Positions 63,711-64,000 of a stretch of DNA of 64,000 bases are shown here, piece by piece (position 1 is the first letter of the stretch; each line of letters starts with the position of its first letter). The notes beneath the pieces were generated by a model, which had not been told where the DNA came from, did no database searches, and was given only the letters and a program-made list of their open reading frames with translations. This stretch comes from Chlorokybus atmophyticus (taxonomy: Eukaryota > Plantae > Mesostigma and Chlorokybus algae). Both the position numbers and the translations under genes were made by a program. The stretch lies in contig RHPI01001737.1 of assembly GCA_009103225.1 (NCBI GenBank), positions 508,286 to 572,285 on the forward strand, given 5' to 3'.

Positions 63711-64000
63711 AGAGGTCAAGCCCCGGAGTCTCATTGCGGCCCGAAATGCCAATGTCGAGGACTCTCAAAAAACGACTTTGATTCCTTGGCTTCAATTGGG
63801 ATGTGCCTTGCCATTGATTGTGCAGGGTGGGATGCGCCAATTCAATCCAACCGTGAGTTTGTTGGTGATACGCGCATGTGTTGTACACACGTGTTGTGCA
63901 CAAATCGGGATGCATCACATCCAATGCCTCAACCCCAAAACAATCAACGCAACATGCTTATCATGCGTACAAAAGCGCTCACCATTAAGCACAAACCCAA

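Noticed and set aside
1-64000. CRISPR arrays, rRNA/tRNA genes, intact transposase or reverse transcriptase ORFs, alternative genetic code
   Set aside because: None seen. Conserved genes translate with the standard code and end in TAA, TAG or TGA; most short ORFs in the track are intron or antisense noise.

Overview
Intron-rich eukaryotic genomic DNA from a photosynthetic, probably flagellated green-lineage organism. The plant-like PEN-2, BPG2, OSB, MRS2-11 and PILS genes, plus an apparent minor-spliceosome intron, suggest an early-diverging streptophyte alga; this is inference only. About 15 spliced protein-coding loci can be reconstructed by hand. In order: a frameshifted membrane-bound class-3 lipase (-), ZUP1/peptidase C78 (-), a small DnaJ-type zinc-finger protein (-), a DUF218/YdcF protein (-), a PILS carrier (+), a large coiled-coil/CH-domain protein (+), PEN-2 (-), two convergent MRS2 paralogs, an organellar SSB (+), a hypothetical membrane protein (-), a BPG2/YqeH GTPase (-), NDUFAF6 (-), a synaptotagmin-like SMP-C2 protein (+), DPH5 (-) and a C2H2 zinc-finger protein (+). 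Three observations stand out. First, an AT-AC (U12-type) intron is needed to rebuild PEN-2. Second, the DnaJ-ZnF stop lies only 24-30 nt upstream of the ZUP1 start on the same strand, suggesting a bicistronic mRNA. Third, a dispersed intergenic repeat family carries a conserved TAGCCCGGTGGT core and looks like a short intron. CDS coordinates below span introns, were read manually and are approximate at the ends. No rRNA, tRNA or CRISPR array was recognised.
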